From: Petromyzon marinus
Taxonomy: Eukaryota
Assembly (NCBI RefSeq): GCF_048934315.1
Contig: NC_133691.1
Location: 9,183,097-9,247,096 of the forward strand
Length of the DNA stretch: 64,000 bases
Direction of reading: 5' to 3'
Shown here: one piece after another, positions 47,791 to 58,611 of the stretch
Layout of the letters: every line of letters begins with the position of its first letter
Numbering within the stretch: position 1 is the first letter of the stretch
The notes under the pieces: model-generated
The model's input: the letters and a program-made list of their open reading frames with translations, nothing else
Told to the model about the DNA's origin: nothing
Databases searched by the model: none
Made by a program: the position numbers and the translations under genes

Positions 47791-50040
47791 GAGGGGTGGG
47801 TGGGTGGGGCTGGGCAGGAGGGTTGGGAGAGGTCGGTGGGGTGGGGGTGGGTGGGTGGGGTAGGTGGCGGTGGGTGGGTGGGGCGGGTGGGGTGGGGGTG
47901 GGTGGGGTGGGGGTGGGTGGGTGGGTGGGGTGGGGGTGGGTGAGTGGGGTGGGTGGGGTTGGGCTGGGTGGGAGGGGTGGGGTTGGGCTGGGTGGGAGGG
48001 GTGGGGTCGGACTGGGTGGGAGGGGTGGGGTTGGGCTGGGTGGGAGGGGTGGGGTCGGGCTGGGTGGGAGGGGTGGGGTCGGGCTGGGTGGGAGGAGTGG
48101 GGTCGGGCTGGGTGGGAGGGGTGGGGTCGGGCTGGGTGGGAGGGGTGGGGTCGGGCTGGGTGGGAGGGTTGGGGTCGGGCTGGGTGGGACGGGTGGGGTT
48201 GGGCTGGGTGGGAGGGGTGGGGTTGGGCTGGGTGGGAGGGGTGGGGTTGGGCTGGGTGGGAGGGGTGGGGTTGGGCTGGGTGGGAGGGGTGGGGTTGGGC
48301 TGGGTGGGATGGGTGGGGTTGGGCTGGGTGGGAGGGGTGAGGGTTGGGCTGGGTGGGAGGGGTGGGGTTGGGCTGGGTGGGCGGGGTGGGGTTAGGCTGG
48401 AGGGGTGGGGTAGGGCTCGGTGGGAGGGGTGGGGTGGGGTTGGGTGGGAGGGGTGGGAGTGGTGGGGTGGGGCTGGGTGGGAGGGGTGGAGCTGGGTGGG
48501 AGTGGTGGGAGGGGTGGGGTTGGGCTGGGTGGGTGGGGTAGGTGGGGTTGGGCTGGATGGGTGGGGTGGGTGGGGTTGGGCTGGGTGGGAGGGGTGGGTG
48601 GGGTTGGGCTGGGTGGGAGGGGTGGGTGGGGTTGGCCTGGGTGGGAGGGGTGGTTGGGAGGGGTGGGGCTGGGTGTGAGGGGTGGGGTGGGGCTGGGTGG
48701 GATGGGTGGGGTCGGGCTGGGTGGGAGGGGTGGGGTGGGGCTTGCTGGGAGGGGTGGGGTGGGGCTGGCTGGGAGGGGTTGGGCTGGCTGGGAGGGGTGG
48801 GGCTGGCTGGGATGGGTGGGGTGGGCGGGGTGGGGATGAGTGAGAGGGGTGCGGTTGGGCTGGTTGGGTGGGTTGGGTGGGGTTGAGCTGGGTGGGAGAG
48901 GTGGGTGGGGTGGGTATGGTTGGGCTGGGTGGGAGGGGTGGGTGGGAGGGGTGGGGTGGGGCTGGGTGGGAGGGGTGGGGTGGGGCTGGGTGGGAGGTGT
49001 GGCGTGGGGTGAGGCTGGGTGGGAGGGGTGGGGCTGGGTGGGAGGGGTGGGAGGGGTGGGAGGGGTAGGGCTAGTGGGAGGGGTAAGAGGGGTGGGGTGG
49101 GGCTGGGTGGGAGGGGTGGGGCTGAGTTGGAGGGTTGGGTGGGGTGGGGCTGGGTGGGAGGGGTGGGCGGGGTTGTGGAGTGGGGCTGGGTGGGAGGGTT
49201 GGGTGGGAGGTGGGAGGGGTGGGGTGTGGCTGGGTCAGAGGGGTGGGAGGGGTGGGGCTGGGTGGGAGGGGTGGGAGGGGTGGGGTTGAGCTGGGTGGGA
49301 GGGGTGGGAGGGGTGGGAGGGGTGGGGCTGGGTGGGAGGGGTGGGAGGAGTGGGGTGGGGCTGGGTGGAAGGGGTGGGGCTGGGTGGGAGGGGTGGGTGG
49401 GGTGGGGCTGGGTGGGAGGGGTGGATGGTGTGGGGCTGGGTTGGAGGGGTGGGTGGGGTAGTGGGGTGGGGCTGGGTGGGAGGGGTGGGGTGGGGCTGGT
49501 TTGGAGGTGTGGGAGGGGTGGTGTGGGGCTGGGTGGGAGGGGTTGGAGGGGTTGGAGGGGCTGGGTGGGAGGGGTGGGTGGGGTGGGGCTGGGTGGGAGG
49601 GAGGGGTCGGTGGGGTGGGGCTGGGTGGAAGGGGCGGGAGGAGTGGGTGGGGTGGGGCTGGGTGGGAGGGGTGGGAGGGGTGGGTGGTGTGGGGCTGGGT
49701 GGGAGGGGTAGTGGGGTGGGGCTGGGTGGGAGGGGTGGGGTGGAGCTGGGTGGGTGGGGTGGGTGGGGTGGGGCTGCGTTGGAGGTAGGAGGGGTGGGGT
49801 GGGAGGTGGGAGGGGTGGGTGGGGTGGGGCTGGGTGGGTGGTGGGAGGGGTGGGGTGGGGCTGGGTGGGAGGTGGGAGGGGTGGGTGGGGTGGGGCTGGG
49901 TGGGTGGGAGGTGGGAGGGGTGGGTGGGGTGGGGCTGGGTGAGAGGTGGGAGGGGTGGGCGGGGAGGGGCTGGGTGGGAGGTGGGAGGGAGGGGTGGGTG
50001 GGAGGTGGGAGGGAGGGGTGGGTGGGAGGTGGGAGGGGTG
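47790..50040 (+). repeat. G-rich minisatellite, sub-domain C (degenerate distal edge; GGGAGGGGTGGGGTTGGGCTGGGT / GGTCGGGCTGGGT variants)
   Basis: Read directly. Divergence increases toward the array end at ~50040. Confidence 0.9.
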
Positions 50041-51668
50041 GGTGGTCACCCTGTGGTGCCCTTATAAAACTCAACGTTTAACCTACTTACGCCGGCTTGT
50101 GCACGCCATCACAGTCGGGAATATTTGCGGAATACACCAAGCCGCCGTTGACCCTGGCCATTGACCGAGCAACCCAACGTCCCTACCCACTCCCTCCGCA
50201 GGAATGTGTTGTTTGGAACGCTCTCAGTGTGTATCTCTATGTACATGTATCTCTGTGTGTATGTGTACCTTTGTGTCTATATTCAGAGGATGGGGAGTGG
50301 TGGTGCAGTGATTAGTACACTGCGCTATGAATCCTGGTCATGACCAACAGAAGTGGTGAATATTTCACCTTGTCCTGAGCATCCCGGAGGTCGGCTTAGC
50401 CTTCAACAAGTACCTGGTGCCAGTGCCGGATTATCCCAGCAGCACAAGTAGCTACATATGGAGTAGCTACGGGCCCCGCACTTTCAAGGGCCCCACGCTA
50501 AATGCTTTCAAGTGATCAATTCCGGTTCATTGATTCCTCACTTGCTCTATTACTATAGTACTACACCGCCTTCAACTTTTATGAACGACTGGGTGTTTAA
50601 GGTTAGCGATTTTTCGTATTATCTGGCTGTATGGCAAATGAAAAAATACAATTACTTTACTATGCAAGTTAAAAATTTGTGTTTTAAAATGTATATATTT
50701 TATTTTATTTAGGGCCCATCTATAATATATGCTACAGGCTTCGCACTCGCTTAATCACTGCCTGGTACAGTGTGTACACATTACAAAAGCGGCTGGGTAT
50801 GGCCCTCATGTGCCTTGTCAACCTGCATACATGCGAGCGAAACTTGAAATGCAAATGCAGAAGTCTCAGCATGAAACCTGTCTATCCTGGAGCCCAAACT
50901 GCTGCTTCCTCAGCACTTCTGAGAACTCCAGGGTTTCTACTCCTACGCCACACATACACACAGACACAATATACACGTACATAGAGAAACACACAGACAG
51001 CAAAACAAGAGTCCTTGCTTTTGAAGTACAGAATGGGAGAAACTCAAAGCTGTTTGTGTATCCACTAAAACATGCGTAGCTCAGAAGTAGATAAACTCCA
51101 GAAGGTTAATGAGTAATAAGGAAGTGGCTTGCCCACAAAGCAGACTACCATCAGTCTTGCACAAGAAGCGACTCGTCGTGGGCACACGGTCATCACGATT
51201 ATTTTTATGGCATTATTAAGTGACTAATTGGCACGTACGGTCATATCAATTATACACGGTGAAATGCAAATTAATTCACCAAAACAATTGAGATTGAAGG
51301 ATGTTTTAAATGGGTTAAATAACACTTTTTTCCTCGATGTGTAAAGCTCTCCTGGCTTCATTGAAACGCAGGATAAATCCACTCTCGAAAGTTGTTATGG
51401 CCAAGCTATTCGGAGGTTTGGGGGAAGGATAACAAAATAAGAGTGACGGTCTTAGTAGTTTGGAGATTGAGGGAGCAGTAAAATAGCGAAACATATTACT
51501 AAAAGGGAAACTTGGATGTCGAGTTTTTTTTATCCAATGAGACGTGTAACAGAGGCAGGCTTGCATAAGTCTATCCGTGTTGAAACTCAAATTATCACAA
51601 CTTCCTTAAAGCCAGAATGCCTTGGCAATCGCAGTGTGAGGCTGTGATTAGAAGCACAACCAAGACCA

Positions 51669-51729
51669 TGGCGTTCTGGAAAGTTCTGCTGGTTCTTTGC
51701 GCACTTCCAGCCATGCTTCGGATGCAAAG
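51669..51729 (+). CDS. Candidate first coding exon (signal peptide MAFWKVLLVLCALPAMLRMQ) of an immunoglobulin-superfamily gene. It ends in phase 1 at the donor A|GTAAGAG
   Basis: ATG followed by a hydrophobic 20-aa stretch, then a strong GTAAGAG donor. The phase is compatible with the V-set exon at 55264. Confidence 0.3.
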
Positions 51730-52171
51730 TAAGAGATTTTAACAGCTATTAAATATGCAGCCTTCTCTTATTTTCCCGTGTGTACTGTCTGTTGATTAAT
51801 AGCAGTATCTGTCGAACAAGACCAATATGTTTTACGTATTATTGTAACGAAATTAAAGTCATGCGGTTCCATTCTCAATTTTGGCAAAACAATCTTTTTG
51901 AACTAAATTCTGGAGTGATTGGTATCACTTTCTCACCAAACATGGGCGCTTTGCTCAAACCAGACGAACGGCGTGACTCGTCCGGTGGGGAATCGGTTGA
52001 TGTTAGTAACCTGAAATCGAATGCAATCGGCTGCCTCATTCCAAAAATATGTGAAACCATATTTGGCATGAGTAAAAGTATTTGAATAAGTCATTTATAA
52101 AAAAAAGTATATTAGCATACTCTTTGGTTCTATTCGGTAAAGTCACGTAGGTAAAAAATAAAACAACAAAA

Positions 52172-52218
52172 ATCGCGACGTTTCGGCCACAACACAAGCG
52201 GCCTTCATCAGGTGAAGG
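52172..52218 (-). ncRNA. Type I hammerhead ribozyme (intact core) in the PLE 3' pLTR
   Basis: The reverse complement reads CACCUGAUGA-AGGCCGC-UUGUGUU-GUGGCCG-AAAC-GUCGCGAUU. Stem II halves GGCCGC/GUGGCC pair with one G-U wobble. Confidence 0.65.
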
Positions 52219-52520
52219 GACCAGACTGTCTCGAGGACAGCGCTGGAGTGAAACACAGCCACGCTCAGACCGCGACCTTTAAGCTGTGTGCGAGGAAACA
52301 AGGTGCCTTGACAAAGGAATTAGCATAAAAAAATAGCATTTGATTGGCCGACTTAGCATGATGAACGGTGTAGAGGTGGTGTACATGCGGGTGAACATGC
52401 CGGTTGGCGAGGGGGGGAGGGGGAGTTTACCTATTGATGGTGTGAAAAGGGATTTTTTAAGAGCTGCGAAAGTTTGGGGTACCACTACTTGAAAAATATA
52501 CTGTACCATTGAAAATTAGT

Positions 52521-52880
52521 TTAATGTTTGGTTCGATTTAGAACATCTTTCCAAGGGTTGCTTAATTTGAAACCATCTTCTCGGTTGAAATTGTGTCTGT
52601 GTTTGTAGATCTGAATTGCCTCGTGAACAAATCTCTGATAAAAACCCGTGGGTTTGCAAAAACCCTTGGTATCGGAGAAAATTATATCGTGATCACCCAC
52701 AGCGTTGTAACAGTGATCAGCTACGGCAGAAGAATTCGTTCTGCCGTGTTTCAAATCTGATTTGTGCTCGCGAATTCGGTCAGAGACATGTCGCTTTGTC
52801 TCCCCGATATAGCAATCACCGCAGGTACAACTCAATTTGTAAACCCCGGGGTACTGTAAGTCAGGAATGACATCCTTCAC
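52521..52880 (-). pseudogene. PLE GIY-YIG endonuclease domain (C-terminal module)
   Basis: Translation YPGVYKLSCTCGDCYIGETKRHVSDRIREHKSDLKHG...NREDG. The GIY-(10-11)-YIG spacing and the downstream R..EH/N motifs are present. Confidence 0.8.
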
Positions 52881-53113
52881 GGATGGGATCAGATCACGAA
52901 TTTTGTGTACTGTATTGAACCGGACCTGGATCTTGTGTTTGTTTAGAATTTTGGAAATCTTTTTAGTAACACCTGCTATATATGGTAGTGTGATGGTTTT
53001 GACCGGAGTATCAAGTGGTTGTTTCTGTATGGAGGGAGAAACAGCTTGGCGGATGGTACGGTCAGAGTATCCATTCCTTTTGAGGGCCAGGTGTACATGT
53101 TTTAATTCACTGG

Positions 53114-53629
53114 TCAGGTGGTGTTGGTCCGAAATGCAATGAGCCCTATGGTATAAAGTTTTGATGAGATAATTATTTTGGGCTGGGTGGTGGTGGGAAT
53201 CAAGTTGGAATCTGTGTCGGTGGGTTTCCTGTAGACAGAATTCCCCAATGAGCCATCAGGTCTCCTCTCAAACAGAACATCTAAGAATGGTAGCTTGCCA
53301 TCTTTCTCCACTTCCATGATGAATTTGATGGCAGGATGTCTGGAATTGATGTGGTGTAGGAAAAGGTTGAGAGCTGGGAGGTCATGTGGCCAAATGACGA
53401 AAGTGTCATCCACATATCTCTTCCACAGGGAAGGTCTGAGGGTGGAAGTCTGGATGGCGTCTGATTCAATTTTTTCCATGAAAATATTGGCTATCACTGG
53501 TGACAAGGGGGATCCCATGGGGGTACCCTCATTTTGTTTGTAGAAGGAGCCATTCCAAGTAAAGTAGGTATTGTTGAGGCAGTGCCTAACCAGTGCAGGT
53601 GTATCGGGGTCTAGTTCATGTTGGACCAA
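53114..53629 (-). pseudogene. PLE reverse transcriptase core (YVDD) - frameshifted fragment
   Basis: Translation ...GTPMGSPLSPVIANIFMEKIE...WKRYVDDTFVIWPHD...IKFIMEVEKDGKLPFLDVLFERRPDGSLGNSVYRKPTDTDSNL. These motifs are characteristic of Penelope/Neptune-type RT. Confidence 0.8.
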
Positions 53630-54829
53630 ATTTTAAATTATTTCAATGGTATCAGGTACTGGGACCTTGGTGAACAAAGAGACCACATCGAAGCTGACAA
53701 GGATATCGTCAGGGGACAGTACAACGTCTTTGACCATAGAGACCAATTGGGCTGAGTTAAGTACTGCTGAGGCGGTCTTGCCAGTGAAAGGCAGCAAGGT
53801 ATCTTACAGAAAACGGGCTAGTCTATAGGTAGGGGAGTTGATCGTGGATACGATGGGTTGTAGTGGGGTGCCTTCTTTATGAATCTTGGGAAGACCATAG
53901 AATCTAGGGGGTCTTGCAGCAGAAGGTTTTAGGGAGGGACATTTAGTTGGGTCGATTAGGGAGGTCGAACTTGTGATTATCTTGTTGGTTTTTATCGCTA
54001 GGCTATTGGTAGGGTCATTTTTTATTTTTGAGTAACTTCCATCGTTGAGCAGATTCTGGATTTTGTTGTTGTATGAATCTTTATCCATGATTACAGTAGC
54101 GTTGCCTTTATCGGCTGAGAGGATGACTATATCACTTCTGTTTTTTTTTATTCGCGAGTTCAGAGCGTTCATTTTTGCTGATTTTACTAATGGGTTTCTT
54201 AGCATTCTTAAGAATAGTGGCTATTTCAGCTCTCGCAACGTCTGCTTGGATGTGTTCTACGCCTTTGAGGGCTACATCTGATTAATGACGATTTTGTTGA
54301 CGTCTAGTTTTGTTATATGTGGAACTGGGTTCTTCTTTGATAGGTGGTTGAATTTAGAAATCAGGTTAGCTTTACATTTGACTGACAGTGAATCAGCAGA
54401 AGAAGCAGTCATGTTGTCCACGTGATTCCAATCAGAAGGTGACATTTTTTGTGTTAACATTAAATGAGCTTGTAGGAGACTCCTGTCTAAAGTATCGAGT
54501 TCAAATCGGAGTAGCCTTATCCTCTCTGAGATTAAAGATAGGCTGGCCTTAAACAGAATCTGTTTAGAATTCGGAGAAGATACAGCAGCAGAAGTGAGTG
54601 TGAAAGCGATGGGTATTACCTTGTGATCGCGGCATCTTTTGAGGAAGGTCAGCGTCTCGATGAGCTGTGACTTCTTGTCCCGTTGTCTGTTAAAAGCTCT
54701 AACAGATAGGTGAAAGCCCTCCCCGTAGAGGTGATCAATTCTAGATTTAAAGCTTTCGTGACTGCTAGGATCCATACTCATTGGTTCTATTCGGTAAAGT
54801 CACGTAGGTAAAAAAATAAAACAACAAAA

Positions 54830-54875
54830 ATCACGACGTTTCGGCCACAACACAAGCGGCCTTCATTAGGTGAAG
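54830..54875 (-). ncRNA. Hammerhead ribozyme copy in the PLE 5' pLTR carrying CUAAUGA (G5 to A). It is predicted to be catalytically dead
   Basis: The reverse complement reads CACCUAAUGA-AGGCCGC-UUGUGUU-GUGGCCG-AAAC-GUCGUGAUU. It is identical to the 3' copy except at the invariant G5. Confidence 0.55.
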
Positions 54876-55263
54876 TATATTAGTATATTAGCATTAAAAG
54901 TATGAATAGCATATATCACTAAGCAGAAATGCTGTAAAAATGTTCACAATGAGCATGTAACATTGTTGGCTTTATGATATTCTCAGCATATGTGGTCACT
55001 GTGTAGTCCCCTAGAATAAAGTTGAACACAGCAATACTGGTACCAGATCTTGGGTTAAAATCAATTCCTGCCACCCGAATACGGATACCAATTTCCAGAC
55101 TACCTGGTCGATCCAGTCCAGGTGGCAACCTTGATATTTCCCCTGTCGAAGGTCATTTTAAGATATATTTAATTTACCCTTATACATACACACAATAGTT
55201 GTACACAGACACAATTAGAGCTGTGGGAAAATATTGCCACAAACCTCACTACATGCCACGATT

Positions 55264-55663
55264 CACTTTCACAGAGGTGTTGGACAAGAAGGTGAAAGTC
55301 GGATGGAACATCTCTCTGTCGTGCCACTTTTCGAACGCGGTTTGGATCGAGTCACCAGATGGCGAGCGGGAGAACGACAAGCGGGTCGCTAGGTGGTTGT
55401 GGTCGCCACGGGGAACCTCGAGCGGAAGAAAGAAAGAGCTCATTACCTTGAAGGCCTCTGAGTACGGCTTGCCCGCCGTGCACAAGACGCACTTTAAACA
55501 TCGCATCACCATGAATCTGCATGCGTTTGAGAGCGGTGACTTCTCGCTGATGATCTGGAAGGTTTTGCCGTCGGATGAAGGCGTCTTCTTCTGCTGCCTC
55601 TGGAGTCCCACTCGGCAAGACAGCGCGAGCGTGCGGATGACGGTGCTTAATGGTACGCTTCTA
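55264..55663 (+). CDS. Immunoglobulin V-set-like domain exon, phase 1-1 (acceptor ttcacag|AG, donor AATG|gtacgc)
   Basis: Translation (K)VLDKKVKVGWNISLSCHFSNAVWIESPDGERENDKRVARWLW...ITMNLHAFESGDFSLMIWKVLPSDEGVFFCCLWSPTRQDSASVRMTVLNG. It has the LSC ... W ... D-x-G-x-F-x-C ... V-domain hallmarks. The phase 1-1 structure is typical of Ig-domain exons. Confidence 0.45.
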
Positions 55664-56005
55664 CTCCCACGGCGATGACAGTAACGCTACACCGCGTCTA
55701 TCATGGCACAAACGCGACATCGATGAAAGCGTTTTGCTAAATCCAGACATTGTACAATTGCATAATTGTGTTAATTTCATACATTTTATTAAACATTTTG
55801 ATTAATATCGATATCCATCCATTGTTTTTTATTGTTTGCCAATTCTGATTTCATGATTATTTTAGATTCTAGCACAAGTATTTAGAGTGGCCTAATTTGA
55901 CAAATTTGTCAGAGGCTAACGATGAGGGGACCCATTCGCCAGTATCAAGATATCTTATTATGAAAAGGCTTTATTGTTTCTGGAATAAATACAGGTGTGA
56001 AGATA

Positions 56006-56805
56006 TTGATTTAAAGCTTTCGTGACTGCAGGGATTCATATTCTTGGTTTTTCGGTAAATTCACGTAGAAGGGAAACAATAAAATAATAAAAATGTAAAA
56101 CAATAAAATTCTCACGACGTTTCGACTACAACACAAGCAATCATTATCAGGTGTGAAAACCACATTACATAAAATCCGTGATCTGGTTCCATCTGTAAAA
56201 GATGTGATTCCGGACATATAGTACCCTGGCGTCTACAAACTAAGTGGCCTCTGTGGTAGTAGTTACATTGGAGAAACCAAACGACATGTCTCGGACCGCA
56301 TTTGTGAACACAAAGCAGACCTAAACATGGTAGGACCAACACCTCGGCTGTGGCAGATCACTGTTATAATTCAGTAGGCTCACACGACATTGACTTCTCC
56401 AAGAGAGTGGTTCTCTGCAAGCCATCTTGCTACCATGAGAGATTCGTGCATGAGGATCTCCACATATACAAACACAGCGACATTTTCAACCGAGAAGATG
56501 GATTCTGGCTTAGCAATCATTGGAAGGATTTGATAAACCATTTCGGGTCTTGATTGTTCACGCTTACGGTGGCTTTCAGACCGAACATAGATGGACTCGT
56601 CCATCTGAACAAACTGTCAAATCGCTCTCCGTGGTGCTAATGTAAAAAAAACGCCACTTTTTTCAAATTTTCTTGCTGTGGTTTTCACACCTGGTGATGA
56701 TTGCTTGTATTGCAGACGAAACGTCGCGAGAATTTTCTTGTTTTATATTTTTATTATTTTATTGTTTCCCTTCTACGTGACTTTACCGAAAGAACCAAGA
56801 ATATA
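56006..56805 (+). mobile_element. 5'-truncated PLE copy: an inverted upstream pLTR arm (56009-56170, degenerate minus-sense hammerhead), a GIY-YIG remnant (56190-56553, + strand) and a 3' pLTR (56680-56805, degenerate plus-sense hammerhead). It is flanked by the 11-bp direct repeat GGTGTGAAGAT (55995-56005 and 56807-56817)
   Basis: The + strand frames give PGVYKLSGLCGSSYIGETKRHVSDRICEHKADL... and ...ADHCYNSVGSHDIDFSKRVVLCKPSCYHERFVHEDLHIYKHSDIFNREDGFWLSNHWKDLINHFGS. These are homologous to the GIY-YIG module at 52521-52880 (..AVADHCYNAVGDHDIIFSDTKGFCKPTGFYQRFVHEAIQIYKHRHNFNREDGFKLSNPWKD..). The flanking 11-mers are identical. Confidence 0.75.
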
Positions 56806-57059
56806 GGTGTGAAGATGTTCAAAAACAAAGTAGCTCCTGGATAAAATTAACAAGTTATATGTATGTACGTATGTTGAACTTCTTTCGCACCGTATATAGC
56901 CAACCCCGCTAATCAAAGGTATAGGATATGGAGATTAATGTAATATCACTGGCACTGCTTTCATTGTTTAGATTCGATATGAAAAATGACATCTTGTACC
57001 CTTGAAGAGTACTGAACTCACCCCTACATCTGTGGTCGGTAATTGTTGGGCGTAATACA

Positions 57060-57660
57060 CCGCCACCACTTTGGTTGAGCTGGTACTTCCTGTCAGGGCT
57101 CAACAGGGGCAACAGCGAGTCCAGCCTGTGCCAAGCAGGACTCGTGGGTCAGGCATCCCGGGGGGGGGGGGACGTTTGGGAACCCGAGGGGGACACCCCA
57201 GGGTCCCGGGTAGGGGGCTGGGGAGGATTGCGCAACAATCCAGGTCTCTCGAGAAGGTTCCAGATGGTGGGCGTGGCCAGGGACGGGGTGACCCTGGGAG
57301 CCCCATAAAAGCCGGACCCCAGTGCGGCTGAGGCAGTTCGCCTCAAGCTGAAGAACCAGAAGCCACCTGAAGATAGGACCCTAGACCCCAAGCCCCGCCG
57401 TCCTTATAAGGGCCGGGGCTCAGTGAGGCCAGTGGTCAATAGGCTAGGACCCTGAGGATCCGCCGACCCGACGCCCTTCTCAGGGCCGGGTCTGTGTGGG
57501 CCAGCGCTCGAGACCCGAGGACCTTGGCTGGGTCGGGTCAGCCTACCCTAGGTCCCAGTAGCCGGAGGGCTTAGGAGTGGTTAGCCCGGTGGTTAGGGCA
57601 CGATAGCCCGGAGGCCGTACCTCCCTAGGTTGTGGGTGGAAGGGGCCATTACCCCTTCGT
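57060..57660. repeat. GC-rich unclassified repeat-like segment with internal ~70-80-bp sub-repeats (CCTTATAAGGGCCGGGGCTCAGTGAGGCCAG / CCCTTCTCAGGGCCGGGTCTGTGTGGGCCAG / CCATAAAAGCCGGACCCCAGTGCGGCTGAGGCAG)
   Basis: Read directly. Short ORFs overlap on both strands and none resembles a known protein. Confidence 0.3.
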
Positions 57661-58492
57661 GTTATGGACTTAGATTTATTGCTACAGTTGTTATATTAAA
57701 TACTTGTTGCCTCCTACGAAGACTCCGTCTCCTTACAAACCCACTACACATCAATGCACGTGGAGATGCCACAATGCAGTGAATCGGTGGTAAAGATCTG
57801 TCCTCAACAAGGGCTGTGTTCCTCTTCTGCACCAGGTGGAAATATACCCACAAGGAGAAGTGCAACCACAACGGTACGTGTATTTTGCAAATGCCCTGCT
57901 ACATGAGCATGCCAAGTGAGACCAAAATCGGTGAATTAGCCAAAAAGATCAGACTTAACCAGAGAGCTGAACCAAAAACCAGAACTGGAGTTGACCGCTT
58001 ATTTTCATGAATCAGAACCTGTTTACTGCTTATCAAAAAAGGATTTGGTAACTGGTTTTAACAAGTTTAGAAAAAAAATGCTCTATGTAGCTGAAGTGTT
58101 AACAGATAAAATGTCCATAACAGGGTTTTTTTGGGGTTAGATCACCTAAATATATAAATGTGTCGTTAAACAAATGCAGCCCGACATCGGTAGTAGCTCT
58201 TTGGTCATTAAAAACTCTGAACATCTCGTAAATATAATTAAAGATTTTAAGCGTAACCCTAACGATATTATTCTTATATTCTCACTGAGAATATTATTGT
58301 GTTATGTTATTTTATCAATTTATTATTTTATTCTCATTCTACGTGACTTTACCGAAAGAACCAAAGAAGATGAATCATTGCAGTCACGAAAGCTTTAAAT
58401 AGATATTATTCTTGATTGAAGCTTTCGTGACTGCAGGAATCCATACTCTTTGGTTCTTTCGGTAAAGTTACGTCGGTAGAAAAAAATAATAG

Positions 58493-58540
58493 ATCACGAC
58501 GTTTCGATTGCAACACAAGCAACCGTCATCAGGTGTGAAA
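58493..58540 (-). ncRNA. Type I hammerhead ribozyme (intact core)
   Basis: The reverse complement reads CACCUGAUGA-CGGUUGC-UUGUGUU-GCAAUCG-AAAC-GUCGUGAUC. Stem II halves GGUUGC/GCAAUC pair (G-U wobble). Confidence 0.65.
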
Positions 58541-58611
58541 CAAACACAGCAGGAGGACTGCTGACCTCCTACGTCACCTCCTACGTCAGCAGTCCTCCTG
58601 TTGTGTTTGTT

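Larger units (their letters stand above)
52108..54900 (-). mobile_element. Penelope-like retroelement (PLE), nearly full length but frameshifted. It runs 5' pLTR (54745-54900) - RT - GIY-YIG EN - 3' pLTR (52108-52225), with direct pLTRs each carrying a hammerhead
   Basis: Minus-strand ORF fragments in successive frames: 54781-54272 (N-terminus), 54205-53804 (contains RFYGLPKIHK), 53629-53114 (RT motifs GTPMGSPLSPVIANIFM, RYVDDTFVIW, IKFIMEVE...LPFLDV) and 52880-52521 (GIY-YIG: GVYKLSCTCGDCYIGET...REH). The pLTR sequence is shared at both ends. Confidence 0.85.

Noticed and set aside
17166-50040. Immunoglobulin class-switch (S) region
   Set aside because: Pentamer content (GGGCT, GGGGT, TGGGG) superficially resembles mammalian S regions. 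However, the array is a single strict 24-mer and about 3-10 times longer than any S region. It lies downstream of USB1 with no adjacent constant-region exons, and the surrounding SINE content points to a fish-like genome where class switching is not expected.
17110-50040. Telomeric or rDNA-related repeat
   Set aside because: There are no TTAGGG-type hexamers and no rRNA similarity. Unit is 24 bp G-rich but not telomere-like.
16860-50060. Short inverted 8-mer (CCACAGGG / CCCTGTGG) at the two edges of the giant array as possible TIRs
   Set aside because: Only 8 bp, which is expected by chance; there is no extended terminal similarity.
16891-50081. ORF-track proteins of 1,500-4,965 aa on both strands (GWEGWSGAG..., GGVGLGGRG..., [11 protein letters not shown]..., HPSHPAPL...)
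   Set aside because: They are translations of the 24-bp G-rich minisatellite, which lacks stop codons in most frames on both strands. The period of 8 aa equals the 24-nt unit. There is no start context, no splice or coding signature, and reciprocal 'genes' on both strands.
55249-55618. Minus-strand ORFs of 88 and 120 aa antisense to the Ig V-set exon
   Set aside because: Antisense to a better-supported coding exon, with no recognisable motifs.
57816-57871. A 38-nt candidate third exon of the IgSF gene (caccag|GTGGAAATATACCCACAAGGAGAAGTGCAACCACAACG|gtacgtg)
   Set aside because: Splice signals are present but the encoded peptide is uninformative and the phase is ambiguous. Too weak to annotate.
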